NCBI GenBank assembly: GCA_040389905.1
Contig: JAZJZK010000018.1
Location: forward strand, 24,868 to 88,867
Direction: 5' to 3'
DNA from: Gemmatimonadota bacterium
Lineage (GTDB): Bacteria > Gemmatimonadota > Gemmatimonadetes > Gemmatimonadales > Gemmatimonadaceae
DNA length: 64,000 nucleotides
A program made the position numbers and the translations under genes. Below, one piece after another: positions 18,067 through 27,990 of this stretch. A model generated the notes under the pieces. It worked only from the letters and a program-made list of their open reading frames with translations, searched no databases and was not told the DNA's origin. Position 1 is the first letter of the stretch. The number at the start of each line of letters is the position of its first letter.

Positions 18067-19493
18067 TTCAACACCTCTGTGCCAACCACGCGCTCGAGCG
18101 CAGCGACCCTCGTCGCGAAGTCGCTCAGAGCGCGGAAGTATTCGGTTTCATAGCTGAAGACGGTCGCCTGGTTCTCGAGGACCGCGAGGAACTCCGCCTT
18201 TCCCGTTTGATAGCTGCTCACGGACGACATCATCGCGGCGCGCCCCTGCGGCAGGATCGCTTTGACCGTGAGCGCAAGCCGTGTTCGTTCACGCTCGATC
18301 TCGGCGACGAGTCGGGTGACCTCGGCGCGAACTGCATTTGTCCGAGCCGCCCGGTCAGCAGTCGCAGCGTGGAGCAGCGCCGTCGACTCGATCACCTGCT
18401 GATCCTGCTTGCGCCCTTTGAAGACGGCGAGAGGAAAACTGACCGTCGCGCTCACCATGTCCGGCAACCCGCCGCTGCGTTGTCCGTACTGAAGAGACAG
18501 GTCGACGTCCGGGAGCGACGCCTTGCGTGCGAGTTCAAGCTTTGCACGCTGGACGGCGATCATCGCCTCCTGTTCGCGCAGCTCGGGGCTGGCCTGAACC
18601 GCAGCGCTCTGCAATTCTTCAAGCGAGCGCAGTGGAGAGTCGGCAGCGCGGGCGCCGAGAGCGGCCGAGGTAAAACGAATCACATCGGCTGACGTGCCTA
18701 CCGCCGCGCGAGCGAGACGCTCTGGCACCGCGAGCGGCGGGACTTCCGTCGCGACAGGTCGGTCGAGCACGCCATTCAAAAGTGCGACCGCCGCGTGACG
18801 CTGCTCGATCAGCTCGGACGCGGTTTCCGCGAGTCGCGTCGCCTCGACGCGAGCGCGCAAAACGTCCTGTTGTCCAGCGCTACCAAGTCCGTAGCGCGCC
18901 TCAGCGACCTTGATGAGGCCAGCGAGCACGTCTCGGTTGCGGTCAACAATTGTCAGCGCTTGGTCGATGAACGCGATGTCGTACCACGCGGCCTTCACGT
19001 CGTACTCGACCTGCCGCCGTACGACATCAACCGACGCGCGCGCTACGGCTACTTCGAGCTCCGCGCCGAGTCGCGCGAGCGGCCGCTTGCCCGGAAAAGG
19101 AAGCGTCTGACTAACGCCGACCATTCGCATGGTCATCTCGTCAGGCCCACTCGGGCTCGCCATCGCATCGCCGCCACCGCCGGGTCCTCGCCCGAGCGGT
19201 TGGTTGATGATCCCGAGCATCAGCATGGGATCAGCGAGCGCTGCGGCCGGGCCTACTCGTGCACGCGCAGCGTCGATGCGTGACCCGGCCGCACGTATCG
19301 CCGGATTGATGGCGAGGGCCAGCGCGACCAGTGAATCAAGAGTCGGAGCGTCGGAAGGCTCGTCGACTGGTCGCCCTGCTGCGCTCGCGCTCGTAGGTGG
19401 AGTCGTTGCACGAACCGAGGATTGGGCAACGACTGGGGTTGCCTGCAGAACGCCGGCGAGGATCGCGCCGACGAATAGGTAGCGGGTACGCAT
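18063..19493 (-). CDS. TolC/CusC outer-membrane efflux protein
   Basis: Signal peptide; VSQTLPFPGKR; OEP repeats; first gene of the CBA operon. Confidence 0.9.
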   Translation of the reverse strand: MRTRYLFVGAILAGVLQATPVVAQSSVRATTPPTSASAAGRPVDEPSDAPTLDSLVALALAINPAIRAAGSRIDAARARVGPAAALADPMLMLGIINQPLGRGPGGGGDAMASPSGPDEMTMRMVGVSQTLPFPGKRPLARLGAELEVAVARASVDVVRRQVEYDVKAAWYDIAFIDQALTIVDRNRDVLAGLIKVAEARYGLGSAGQQDVLRARVEATRLAETASELIEQRHAAVALLNGVLDRPVATEVPPLAVPERLARAAVGTSADVIRFTSAALGARAADSPLRSLEELQSAAVQASPELREQEAMIAVQRAKLELARKASLPDVDLSLQYGQRSGGLPDMVSATVSFPLAVFKGRKQDQQVIESTALLHAATADRAARTNAVRAEVTRLVAEIERERTRLALTVKAILPQGRAAMMSSVSSYQTGKAEFLAVLENQATVFSYETEYFRALSDFATRVAALERVVGTEVLK

Positions 19494-19618
19494 GGGTTCC
19501 TGAGCGAGAGTCCACGGCAGCTCGCACCGACGCGTCCCCGAGCGGGCACGCGAGCGCGAACGCCAGCTCCCTCACGCCCGAATTCGGACGGATTGAGCTG
19601 ACAGGCAGATGACGCGGA

Positions 19619-19984
19619 CTACGCTCGCGGAGGAGGGAGCTCTGGTGCGCGGGAGATTGACGTCGGCTCAAGCAGTTCAAGCGTCATCCGTACCTCTGGG
19701 ACGCGTTGAGCCTGGAGCGCTGTAACCGAGGCGACCGTGATCGCCGTGGGCGCGCACGGCGCCATTGCGTTGCAGCCGCTCGGCGCCCAAGGAAATTCGC
19801 ACGGGCGATTGCCGCGGTCCGGGGTCGCACCCTCGTCGCCACCTGGCATGGTCATCCCTGCCATCGCAACAGCACCCGCTGCACCACTCTCGCGCATCAC
19901 GCACGCGTAGCCGCCAACCACCAGCATGAGCTGGAAGAGGACGAGCAACATAAAGACGGCGACTGGACGGCGAGCGCGGCGCAT
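19619..19984 (-). CDS. CutF/DUF2946-like secreted leader protein
   Basis: Signal peptide, Met/Cys-rich core, C-terminal RAPELPPPRA; directly upstream of cusC. Confidence 0.7.
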   Translation of the reverse strand: MRRARRPVAVFMLLVLFQLMLVVGGYACVMRESGAAGAVAMAGMTMPGGDEGATPDRGNRPCEFPWAPSGCNAMAPCAPTAITVASVTALQAQRVPEVRMTLELLEPTSISRAPELPPPRA

Positions 19985-20152
19985 GAGGAGAAAGGTATAT
20001 CCGGTCATGGTGACGGGTAGCGGGAGAGTCCCCACCGGACTGTCCGGTCTTCCCCCTCTACACATTTGGCCGCAATCACAGCATTTTACGAGCCATAAAG
20101 TAGCGTGACCGACGGTTGTTGTAGTTGCCTCTCCCAAGGACGGAGAAGAGCC

Positions 20153-22300
20153 ATGAACGAGGATTCAGCGCCGCAGGCGAGTGAGCATGGTGATCATCAC
20201 GCTATGCAAGGCGGGTCCCACGCTCCGATCACGAATGGGGACGCAGGTGGCCGAGGCACGTCCGAGGCTCCGTCCTCCACCCATGACGTTCACTCTGGGC
20301 ATGATGGACACCCCGGCGGAGGCTCCGGAGGCAGCCACGACAAGCACGCGGGACACTCGGTGGCGATGTTCCGTAGCAAGTTCTGGCTGACGTTGCTTCT
20401 CACCGTCCCGACGATGGTGTGGGGCGAGATGATTCCGAGTGTGCTGCACTTCACCCCGCCAGCGGTACCAGGCGCGCGGTGGATTCCGATGATTTTCGGC
20501 ACCGCGGTCTACTTCTACGGTGGCTGGGTTTTCGTGAAGGGCGCATGGCGGGAGGTCACTGAGCGCAAGCCTGGGATGATGACGCTGATCTCCCTAGCCA
20601 TTACCGTCGCATTCCTCTTCAGCGCCGCAGTGGCGCTCGGCTTCAATGCGATGCCGCTGTGGTGGGAGCTCTCGTCGCTCGTGACGATCATGCTGTTCGG
20701 CCACTGGATGGAGATGCGCTCCATCTCGCAGGCGCAGGGCGCCTTGAGTGAGTTGGCGAAGCTCCTTCCTGATACCGCCACGCGGCTCGACAACGGAACA
20801 CCTGTCGACGTGCCTCTCTCGAACCTCAAGGAGGGCGACCTCCTGCTCGTCCGGCCGGGGGCGAGGATCCCGGCAGACGGCGTCGTACGCGAGGGAAAGG
20901 GCGCGGTGAACGAGTCGATGATCACGGGGGAATCGCGCCCGGTTGAAAAGGTCGAGTCGGACACCGTCATCGCAGGCACGGTGAACGGCGAAGGATCGCT
21001 TCGCGTGGAGGTGACCAAGACGGGGGAGCGGACAGCCCTCGCCGGCATCATGCGGCTCGTAGAGCAAGCGCAGCAATCGCGCTCACGCGCACAGGTGCTC
21101 GCAGATCGGGCCGCGTTCTACCTGACCATCGTAGCCGTCACGTCAGCGATCCTCACGGGAATCGTCTGGGTGTTTCTGGGAGCGAGCGCGTCGTTCACCG
21201 TTGAGCGCGTTGTAACGGTACTCGTGATTGCATGCCCTCACGCGCTCGGCCTCGCCGTACCGCTTGTCGTTGCGATTTCAACGACAATCGGCGCTCGCAA
21301 TGGCCTACTTGTCCGCGACCGGCGCGGGCTCGAGGAGGCGCGCAACATCACAACGGTCGTTTTCGACAAGACTGGAACGCTGACCCTCGGCCAGCACCGC
21401 GTGACCTCGATGAAGACCAGTGGGTTGAGCGATGACGCCGCGCTCCGCCTCGCCGCGGCCGTCGATCAGGATGCGGAGCATTCTGTCGCGCGCGCCATCG
21501 TCGCGAGCGCTGCCGAGCGCAAACTCGCGCTGCCTACGACGTCCGACTTCCGTGCCGTCCCAGGCTATGGCGTGACGGCCACCGTTGAAGGCCGGGCACT
21601 CGCAGCCGGTGGACCAAACCTGCTCAAGAAACTCGGAGCCGAGCCGCCGCTGGCGATGCGCGACTTCGTCCAAGCGGCCAGCGATAACGGCGACGGCATT
21701 GTGTATCTAGTGGAAGGCACCACTGTGCTTGCATCGTTCGCCGTCGCGGATGCGATTCGCCCCGAGGCCGCGGAGGCGATCAAGCGTCTGCATTCGCGCG
21801 GGATCGACATCGTCATGTTGACGGGCGATGCAAAGCCTGTCGCGGAAGCGGTCGCTCAGCAGCTCGGGATCGACACCGTAATCGCGCAGGTGCTGCCCGA
21901 GGAGAAGGCCGACAAGATCAAATCACTGCAGGCCAGCGGGAAGTCGGTGCTCATGGTCGGCGACGGCGTGAACGACGCGCCGGCCCTATTGACAGCCAAC
22001 GTTGGCGTAGCCATCGGTGCCGGCACGGACGTCGCCGTCGAGGCGGGCGATATTGTTCTCGTGCGGAGCGATCCCAGGGACGTGCCGCGCATTATCGCGC
22101 TCAGCGCGGCAACGTATCGCAAGATGATCCAGAATCTATGGTGGGCGGCGGGATACAACATTGTGGCAATCCCGCTCGCCGCAGGCGTATTGGAACGATG
22201 GGGATTCGTGTTGAGTCCCGCGGTCGGCGCGGTGCTAATGTCCCTCAGCACGATTGTGGTCGCCATCAACGCACAGCTTCTGCGGCGAACTCCCCTGTAG
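20153..22300 (+). CDS. copB: P1B-3 copper-exporting P-type ATPase
   Basis: His-rich N-terminus, TGES, CPH, DKTGT, GDGVND, YN and MSLST. Confidence 0.92.
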   Translation: MNEDSAPQASEHGDHHAMQGGSHAPITNGDAGGRGTSEAPSSTHDVHSGHDGHPGGGSGGSHDKHAGHSVAMFRSKFWLTLLLTVPTMVWGEMIPSVLHFTPPAVPGARWIPMIFGTAVYFYGGWVFVKGAWREVTERKPGMMTLISLAITVAFLFSAAVALGFNAMPLWWELSSLVTIMLFGHWMEMRSISQAQGALSELAKLLPDTATRLDNGTPVDVPLSNLKEGDLLLVRPGARIPADGVVREGKGAVNESMITGESRPVEKVESDTVIAGTVNGEGSLRVEVTKTGERTALAGIMRLVEQAQQSRSRAQVLADRAAFYLTIVAVTSAILTGIVWVFLGASASFTVERVVTVLVIACPHALGLAVPLVVAISTTIGARNGLLVRDRRGLEEARNITTVVFDKTGTLTLGQHRVTSMKTSGLSDDAALRLAAAVDQDAEHSVARAIVASAAERKLALPTTSDFRAVPGYGVTATVEGRALAAGGPNLLKKLGAEPPLAMRDFVQAASDNGDGIVYLVEGTTVLASFAVADAIRPEAAEAIKRLHSRGIDIVMLTGDAKPVAEAVAQQLGIDTVIAQVLPEEKADKIKSLQASGKSVLMVGDGVNDAPALLTANVGVAIGAGTDVAVEAGDIVLVRSDPRDVPRIIALSAATYRKMIQNLWWAAGYNIVAIPLAAGVLERWGFVLSPAVGAVLMSLSTIVVAINAQLLRRTPL

Positions 22301-22395
22301 CTGCCATTGTCGCGTGCACTGCGCTTTGACTTCCTGCGCGGGTCTTTTTGCGCGGTCACTCATGGAAGCGCGCGGGTGAGCCATGTCGCCGACCT

Positions 22396-23310
22396 CTAAT
22401 CGGCCCACTTAGCCAACCATGATCCTTCAGGCCACGCAAGCTTCACCTCGGCTTCGGGGTCCGCTTTCGACGCGGCCATGCTCTCCGCTAGCGCGTGACG
22501 TTTGCCCTGAAGCTCTTTGATCCGCGCCGCCACGGCCGGAAGGTCAAAGTTGCCGACAGCCACTTGATCCTCAATCCAACGTGAGGCAGCGAGCTCCTTG
22601 TTCAGAACAGGGTTCAGCTCATCGTCTTTGAATAGTCCCACCGCCTCAGCCTCGTCGTTCCTCCCCTCGTCTTGCAAGTCAATAATGTAGTCCGTTACGC
22701 CCACGTCCACCGCGCGCAACGTGTAGAGATAGAGCGCGTGAAGTTCACACTGCTTCTCGGTCTGCTCGTCGAACGCAAATAGGGAGTGCGCCATCGCAAC
22801 AAGACATGACGATGTACAGACCGAGACCAGCCACTTCGTGAACAAGGACTGGTTCAGTGCTTCGTCAGGCAACTCGCGCGCAGACTCGGACACCAAGTGC
22901 CGCCACGCTTCGACATGTCGCGTCTCCCGCGAGATGCGAAACAGGCTCCCCCAGTGGTCCCGCGAGAGAATCAGCCGAATCGTCAATTCTCTCTGTGCAC
23001 TACGAGAAGGACATGCGGCGATTTCATCCGTCGCCGTCTTCAGGGAGTCGCGCCAGTTCTCAACGAGAGAACGTCCACCGAAGCCTACGCCTTCATACAT
23101 GGCGTGGAGCAGATCCTCGGGTATTGGAGGGCTCTTGAGGAACTGCGCAACGAAGGAGTGTAGCTCGGCGCCGGAATAGGGGCGCCCCAATAGTTTCGTA
23201 ATCCAAATTGGCATTGCCGTCCCGGTGAGCTGCTCTTGAACTCCAAGGCGAATCTCCGACCGCGCGGACAGCTTGGCAATGTCTGTGGCCGTTTCCCCAC
23301 CTCCTGTCAT
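22396..23310 (-). CDS. Hypothetical protein
   Basis: 304-aa ORF with protein-like composition; no motif recognised. Confidence 0.6.
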   Translation of the reverse strand: MTGGGETATDIAKLSARSEIRLGVQEQLTGTAMPIWITKLLGRPYSGAELHSFVAQFLKSPPIPEDLLHAMYEGVGFGGRSLVENWRDSLKTATDEIAACPSRSAQRELTIRLILSRDHWGSLFRISRETRHVEAWRHLVSESARELPDEALNQSLFTKWLVSVCTSSCLVAMAHSLFAFDEQTEKQCELHALYLYTLRAVDVGVTDYIIDLQDEGRNDEAEAVGLFKDDELNPVLNKELAASRWIEDQVAVGNFDLPAVAARIKELQGKRHALAESMAASKADPEAEVKLAWPEGSWLAKWAD

Positions 23311-23374
23311 TCGGTTTCTAAACGACGACTATCGCCGACGGATGCGGTGTTCACCTCGCCTTTCAGCCGCCACG

Positions 23375-24124
23375 CTAGGCCTCGCGCGAAGAGCGACGGA
23401 ACGACACAGCAATTTCGTCTCTCTGGCGTTCGGGCAATGTCTCGATTTTGACAGCGAACTGTCGGCGAAGAGTATTCTGCGCGCGCTGAAAGCGACGCTT
23501 CGCGCCGGATCTCGTCGTACCGAAGATCCGCGCGATCTCGGTCCAGTCCTGCCCCGCGACCAGCCGCCACCACAATAGGGCAGCCGCGGGTTCCGGCATT
23601 TGATCGTACGTCTCCACCGCGAGCCGCAACATCTCTTCGCGCGCCGTCGAGAACTCTTCGCGTCCGCCAATGCTCTCCTGGAAGGTCTCGCTGACGATGA
23701 CTCTGCTCAGCTCCGTTGAGATTGCTCTCGCCGCGAGGCCACTGCCTGGAGATCTGAGCATGTCGATAAGCACACGTCGTGCAGAGACCAGAGCCCATTG
23801 CATGAGCTGACCGACAGTTGTGGCTGTGCACTGCCGGTAGCTGCGGGCTAGATGGAATAGTGTTTCTTGTGCGACGTCCGCGGCGATTTCCTCCGAGTCG
23901 GCGAACCTACCGAGGCGGGCGACGGCGAACCGCTTGATCGGTTGATACAGCTCGGTCAGGAGCCGTTCGAGTGATGATTCTGCCTCGCGACCGCCGTCCT
24001 GCGCTTTGACCAGGCACCGAACGAGCGCGTGCGCATGGAGGTCTCCTTTTCCACCCCGCGATGCACCCGGTGCGCGTTCCGTATTCCTTTGCGTTGCGCG
24101 CCTGTGTCCAGTGTTCGTGCTCAT
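23375..24124 (-). CDS. ECF-type sigma-70 factor
   Basis: ADVAQETL, WALVSARRVLIDMLR, WTEIARIFGTTRSGAKRRFQRA. Confidence 0.85.
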   Translation of the reverse strand: MSTNTGHRRATQRNTERAPGASRGGKGDLHAHALVRCLVKAQDGGREAESSLERLLTELYQPIKRFAVARLGRFADSEEIAADVAQETLFHLARSYRQCTATTVGQLMQWALVSARRVLIDMLRSPGSGLAARAISTELSRVIVSETFQESIGGREEFSTAREEMLRLAVETYDQMPEPAAALLWWRLVAGQDWTEIARIFGTTRSGAKRRFQRAQNTLRRQFAVKIETLPERQRDEIAVSFRRSSREA

Positions 24125-24600
24125 GGGCCCATCTCCGCTCTGCGGCTGAGACCAATGGTCTCAGTCGGAGCAGAGTACCTGGCCAAGGGAGCGTCCCCGT
24201 CCAAGGCGCCGACTCCGGCACTCTCGACCGTTGCAGTATCTGGCCACTTCGATGCGGGAGCATGCGGCGCGGCGAGTGCCGCTCGAAGCGCAGAGCCAAT
24301 TGCAGGCGCCTGGGATGGGTGGTCCATGTGTTCCCCTGTCTGGCGCCCTTCACGCCCGGCTGGAGCCGGCTGTGGCGATCTGCCGGTGCATCCGGCTCGC
24401 CTCGCGGGAAGAAGCGCGTGCAGACCGGAGGACGGATCTCTGGCACCCCGACGGGGCCTTCCCCGAGTTGGCGAGCCGGGGCCACTGGGGCCGCATTCCG
24501 CGTTTCGAGCGCCAATTTTGCTGGCGCTGTTGGCGGAGGCAGGACTGCCATCCTGTTGCCCTTGGCGTACTTAGCGACAGACCCCCTCTACCTCGCCTTG

Positions 24601-24645
24601 TTCGGGAGCAGGAGGTCGCTGGTTCAAATCCAGTCGCCCCGACCA
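24601..24645 (+). other. att site: 3' fragment of tRNA-Pro(CGG)
   Basis: TTCGGGA GCAGG AGGTC GCTGGTTCAAATCCAGT CGCCCCG ACCA; no D-arm or 5' acceptor strand upstream. Confidence 0.88.
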
Positions 24646-24672
24646 TTGTAAGTTGTGAAAATGCAATGACAT

Positions 24673-24716
24673 ACAAAGTCCCCTGACTGCACGCAGTCAG
24701 GGGACTTTGTCTTTTT
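24673..24716 (+). terminator. Intrinsic terminator downstream of the tRNA fragment
   Basis: Perfect 18-bp inverted repeat followed by CTTTTT. Confidence 0.85.
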
Positions 24717-24780
24717 CGGTATCGCAATGCACTACCCGCGATCCGTGCAACCACAGCAGCGGTTGACGAATATCAGTCTG

Positions 24781-25398
24781 TTAGCGCACCCCGATCGAGA
24801 TGCCGCCGTGGAACAGATTGGCGCCAAGTTGCTCGGACGTCCGGATGCCATTTGCCGTCGCATTCCCTGCGGCCGCGCGATTGTACTCGACATACGGCGT
24901 CAATACGACGCGCCCAGACAGTGGCAGATCCCACCCAGCGCCCGCCACCAGTCCGAGCCCCGACGACTTCACCGTTGTCGTCGGGACAGCGGTCCGCCGA
25001 ATCTCCTCGTTGATGAAACTGCCGCCGCCACCGGCCTTCACGAAAAGACCGGACCCCGATTGCGGATACAGTTTCCCGACCACGTTGGCGAAGATGAGGC
25101 GGAGCGTGCCCGTCCCATTCACACTGTTGTAGTCCTTCATCCACCCACTCAACTCGCCGGCAATCACGAACTGTGAGCTCACGCCGATGCCAAGGCTCGC
25201 CGAGCCTGTCACGTTCGACTCACGCGACGACTTGCATGAGGCACACGAGAGCGACGCCGAGCCGCCGCCCACGCCGATCGAGGCGCTGATCGTACCGGCC
25301 TTCGGCGCCGCGGATTGAGCCGCCATAGGTGCAGCTGGAAGCAGCATCAACACGGCAGCGGCGAGGCCACGCATGGAACCGTAACTGCGACGCAACAT
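24781..25398 (-). CDS. Outer-membrane beta-barrel protein (8-strand type)
   Basis: Signal peptide, alternating beta strands, GAGWDLPL, C-terminal HGGISIGVR. Confidence 0.8.
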   Translation of the reverse strand: MLRRSYGSMRGLAAAVLMLLPAAPMAAQSAAPKAGTISASIGVGGGSASLSCASCKSSRESNVTGSASLGIGVSSQFVIAGELSGWMKDYNSVNGTGTLRLIFANVVGKLYPQSGSGLFVKAGGGGSFINEEIRRTAVPTTTVKSSGLGLVAGAGWDLPLSGRVVLTPYVEYNRAAAGNATANGIRTSEQLGANLFHGGISIGVR

Positions 25399-25437
25399 GG
25401 AAGATCCTCTATGAATTGCCATCGATGACATCGGCGG

Positions 25438-27990
25438 CTACGGGTTGACAGTGAGTACGACGGCGTTGCTGGTGCCACCACCAAAGGTCGTGACGGTGAC
25501 GTTGTGGCCACCGAGCGTCGCGCCCGCCGAGATCGTGAGCGATACGGTGAGCGACGTGCTGCTGTTGAAGGTCACGCCATTCACGGTAACACCGCTGCCG
25601 TCAACCACGACGACCGTGGAGGCATTCACGAAGTTCGTTCCTGTCAACGTCACGGTGGCATTCGTACCGCGGGTCACCGTGTTTGGCGTGACGGAGGCGA
25701 GTGTCGGCGGTGGCGGGAGCACGTCGAAGTTGACGGCGTTGCTGGTTCCCGCCGGCGTCGTGACCGTCACCGAACGACCGCCAAGCGGGGCGCCCGCGTC
25801 GATCGTGAACCGTGCGCCCATTGACGTCGCGCTGTTGACGACGATGCTGTCCACCGTCACGCCGATACCGGAAACGTTGATCCCGGTGTTTCCCGAAACG
25901 AAGTTCACACCGTCGAAGCTCACAGGAAGGGTCGTCCCGCGGTAACCGACGTCTGGAGAAATACCAACGAGCGCCGATGAGGTCGGATTCACCGTGAAGG
26001 TGACTGCGGCGCTGGTGCCGCCCGCTGTGGTGACCGACACGTTACGACCGCCGAGTGTCGCGTCGCTCGCGAGGGTAAACGTTGCCGTAATGGACGTCGC
26101 GCTATTGACGACGACGTTGCTGACCGTCACACCCGTTCCATCAACCGCAACCGTCGATCCGCCCGTCACGAAGCCGGAGCCGGTCAGCGTCACGCCAACC
26201 GACGTGCCCTGCACCGCACCGTTCGGTGCGATCGCCGTCAGGTCGGGGAACGGAGGGTTGACGACGAAGGGCTGCGCCCCGCTGGTACCACCGGGCGTCG
26301 TGACAGTCACATTGTGCGCGCCGGCGGTCGCATTCGCGGCGATGACGAAGCTCGCGGTCAGCGTCGTTGGGCCGGTCACGGCCACAGTCTGCACGGCGAT
26401 TCCCACGCCGTCGACGGACACCGTCGTTGCACCATTGATGAAGTTGGTGCCGGTGAGTGAGACCGCAACGGTGGAATTCTGGAGGCCGCCGCCTGGCGAG
26501 ACGGTGACGAGTGTCGGAGCCGCCGGGGTGACACTGAACGTGCCAGCCGCACTCGTCCCCGCGGACGTCGTGACGGTAACGCCGTGCGCGCCGAGTGTCG
26601 CGCCCGCGTCGACCGTAAAGATCGCGCTGAGGGATGTCGTCCCCGTCACGGTGACACTGCTGACGGTGACGCCGATCCCATCGACAACGACGGTCGCGCC
26701 GCCCGCGAAGTTGGTGCCAATGATCGTCACCGGCACCGCCGTCCCGACGACGCCGCTCCTCGGCGTGATCGAGGTGATCGTCGGGGTTCCTGGAACGACG
26801 GCAAAACCCGCCGTGCCGCTTGTGCCACCCGCGGTCGCCACGCGCACATTGCGCACGCCAACCGGTGCCGCTGCTGAGGCGGAAAAGCTCGCGGTCAACG
26901 TGGTGGCATTCGAGACGTTGACGCTGTTGATCGTCACACCGAAGCCGTCGATCGTGACCGTCGTGGCGCCAGCGACGAAGTTCGTCCCCGTCAAAGTCAC
27001 CAGTGTTGCAGCCCCCTGCGCCACGGTGCTCGGGAAAACCCCGGAGAGCGTCGGCGGAGGCGGAATGATGGTAAAGATCCTCGAAGCACTCGTACCACCG
27101 CCGGTCGTGACGGTCACGTCGCGGTCGCCGAGTGCAGCACCTGTCGCCACGATGAAGGACGCGGTCATCGTGCTCGGATTCACCACGGTCACTGCGGTCA
27201 CGGTGACTCCGGCACCGGAGACCAGGACGCTGGTGTTGCCGGCCACGAAATTCGTACCGGTGAGCGTGACGGTCTGGGTCGTGCCCGTCACTCCCGTGAT
27301 CGGCGAAAGGCCGGTGAGCGTTGGCGCTGGAGGAATGACGCTGAACTGCCGCGAGCCGGTCGACCCGCCGGCGGTCGTCGCCGTAACGTTGTGTGCACCA
27401 AGCGTCGCACCCGCTGCGATGGCAAAGGTCGCGGTAATGGACGTCGAGCTCGTGAACACGACATTCGATGTCGTGATCCCGGCACCGTCCACGAGAACGG
27501 TGGTGGCGCCCGGAAGGAAATTCGACCCGGTCAGGACGACGTTCTGATTCGTGCCCTGAATCCCCACGTCGGGCGACAGGCTGGTCAGCGTCGGGGCGAG
27601 TGGCAGCACCGTAAACGGGGCCGAGGTGCTCGTACCGCCAGCGGTCGCGATCGTCACCCCGTGCGCGCCAAGTGAGGCAGTTGGCGCGATCGCGAGCGTC
27701 GCAGTGAAGCTCGTGGGACTGGTGACGTTGACGTTGCTGACCGTGATCCCGTCGCCAACGGGAGTGACCGAGGCGCCACTCAGGACGAAGTTCGTCCCGA
27801 TCACGGTGACGTTCACCGACGTCCCGACCACGCCCGAATTAGGGCTGATACTGGTGATCGCGGGAGTGGGGATCGGGGCGAGCAAGTCGCCGCTGGCGAC
27901 GCAGGAGCCGACGAGGGTGCTCGCGAGAACGACCAGCGCGAGTGTACGGATTCGGGTCAGAAGCTCGGAGCGACCAGTTCGATGGATCAT
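25438..27990 (-). CDS. Lipoprotein made of nine IPT/TIG Ig-like repeats
   Basis: Lipobox LVGSC; nine ~90-aa units PTLT.ISP...VTLTGTNF...VTVTTAGGTS. Confidence 0.88.
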   Translation of the reverse strand: MIHRTGRSELLTRIRTLALVVLASTLVGSCVASGDLLAPIPTPAITSISPNSGVVGTSVNVTVIGTNFVLSGASVTPVGDGITVSNVNVTSPTSFTATLAIAPTASLGAHGVTIATAGGTSTSAPFTVLPLAPTLTSLSPDVGIQGTNQNVVLTGSNFLPGATTVLVDGAGITTSNVVFTSSTSITATFAIAAGATLGAHNVTATTAGGSTGSRQFSVIPPAPTLTGLSPITGVTGTTQTVTLTGTNFVAGNTSVLVSGAGVTVTAVTVVNPSTMTASFIVATGAALGDRDVTVTTGGGTSASRIFTIIPPPPTLSGVFPSTVAQGAATLVTLTGTNFVAGATTVTIDGFGVTINSVNVSNATTLTASFSASAAAPVGVRNVRVATAGGTSGTAGFAVVPGTPTITSITPRSGVVGTAVPVTIIGTNFAGGATVVVDGIGVTVSSVTVTGTTSLSAIFTVDAGATLGAHGVTVTTSAGTSAAGTFSVTPAAPTLVTVSPGGGLQNSTVAVSLTGTNFINGATTVSVDGVGIAVQTVAVTGPTTLTASFVIAANATAGAHNVTVTTPGGTSGAQPFVVNPPFPDLTAIAPNGAVQGTSVGVTLTGSGFVTGGSTVAVDGTGVTVSNVVVNSATSITATFTLASDATLGGRNVSVTTAGGTSAAVTFTVNPTSSALVGISPDVGYRGTTLPVSFDGVNFVSGNTGINVSGIGVTVDSIVVNSATSMGARFTIDAGAPLGGRSVTVTTPAGTSNAVNFDVLPPPPTLASVTPNTVTRGTNATVTLTGTNFVNASTVVVVDGSGVTVNGVTFNSSTSLTVSLTISAGATLGGHNVTVTTFGGGTSNAVVLTVNP

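Larger units (their letters stand above)
1..24645. mobile_element. Genomic island / integrative element, right part; left end outside window
   Basis: Ends in a tRNA-Pro 3' fragment. Contains a tyrosine recombinase, xis-like HTH, ParB-like gene, TA systems and copper cargo. Confidence 0.8.

Noticed and set aside
24570..24645. Intact tRNA-Pro gene
   Set aside because: The 5' acceptor strand and D-arm are absent; only the 3' half is present
25445..27547. Long plus-strand ORFs opposite the TIG protein, and other antisense ORFs such as 38922-40280 and 58921-59913
   Set aside because: Shadow frames caused by high-GC codon bias
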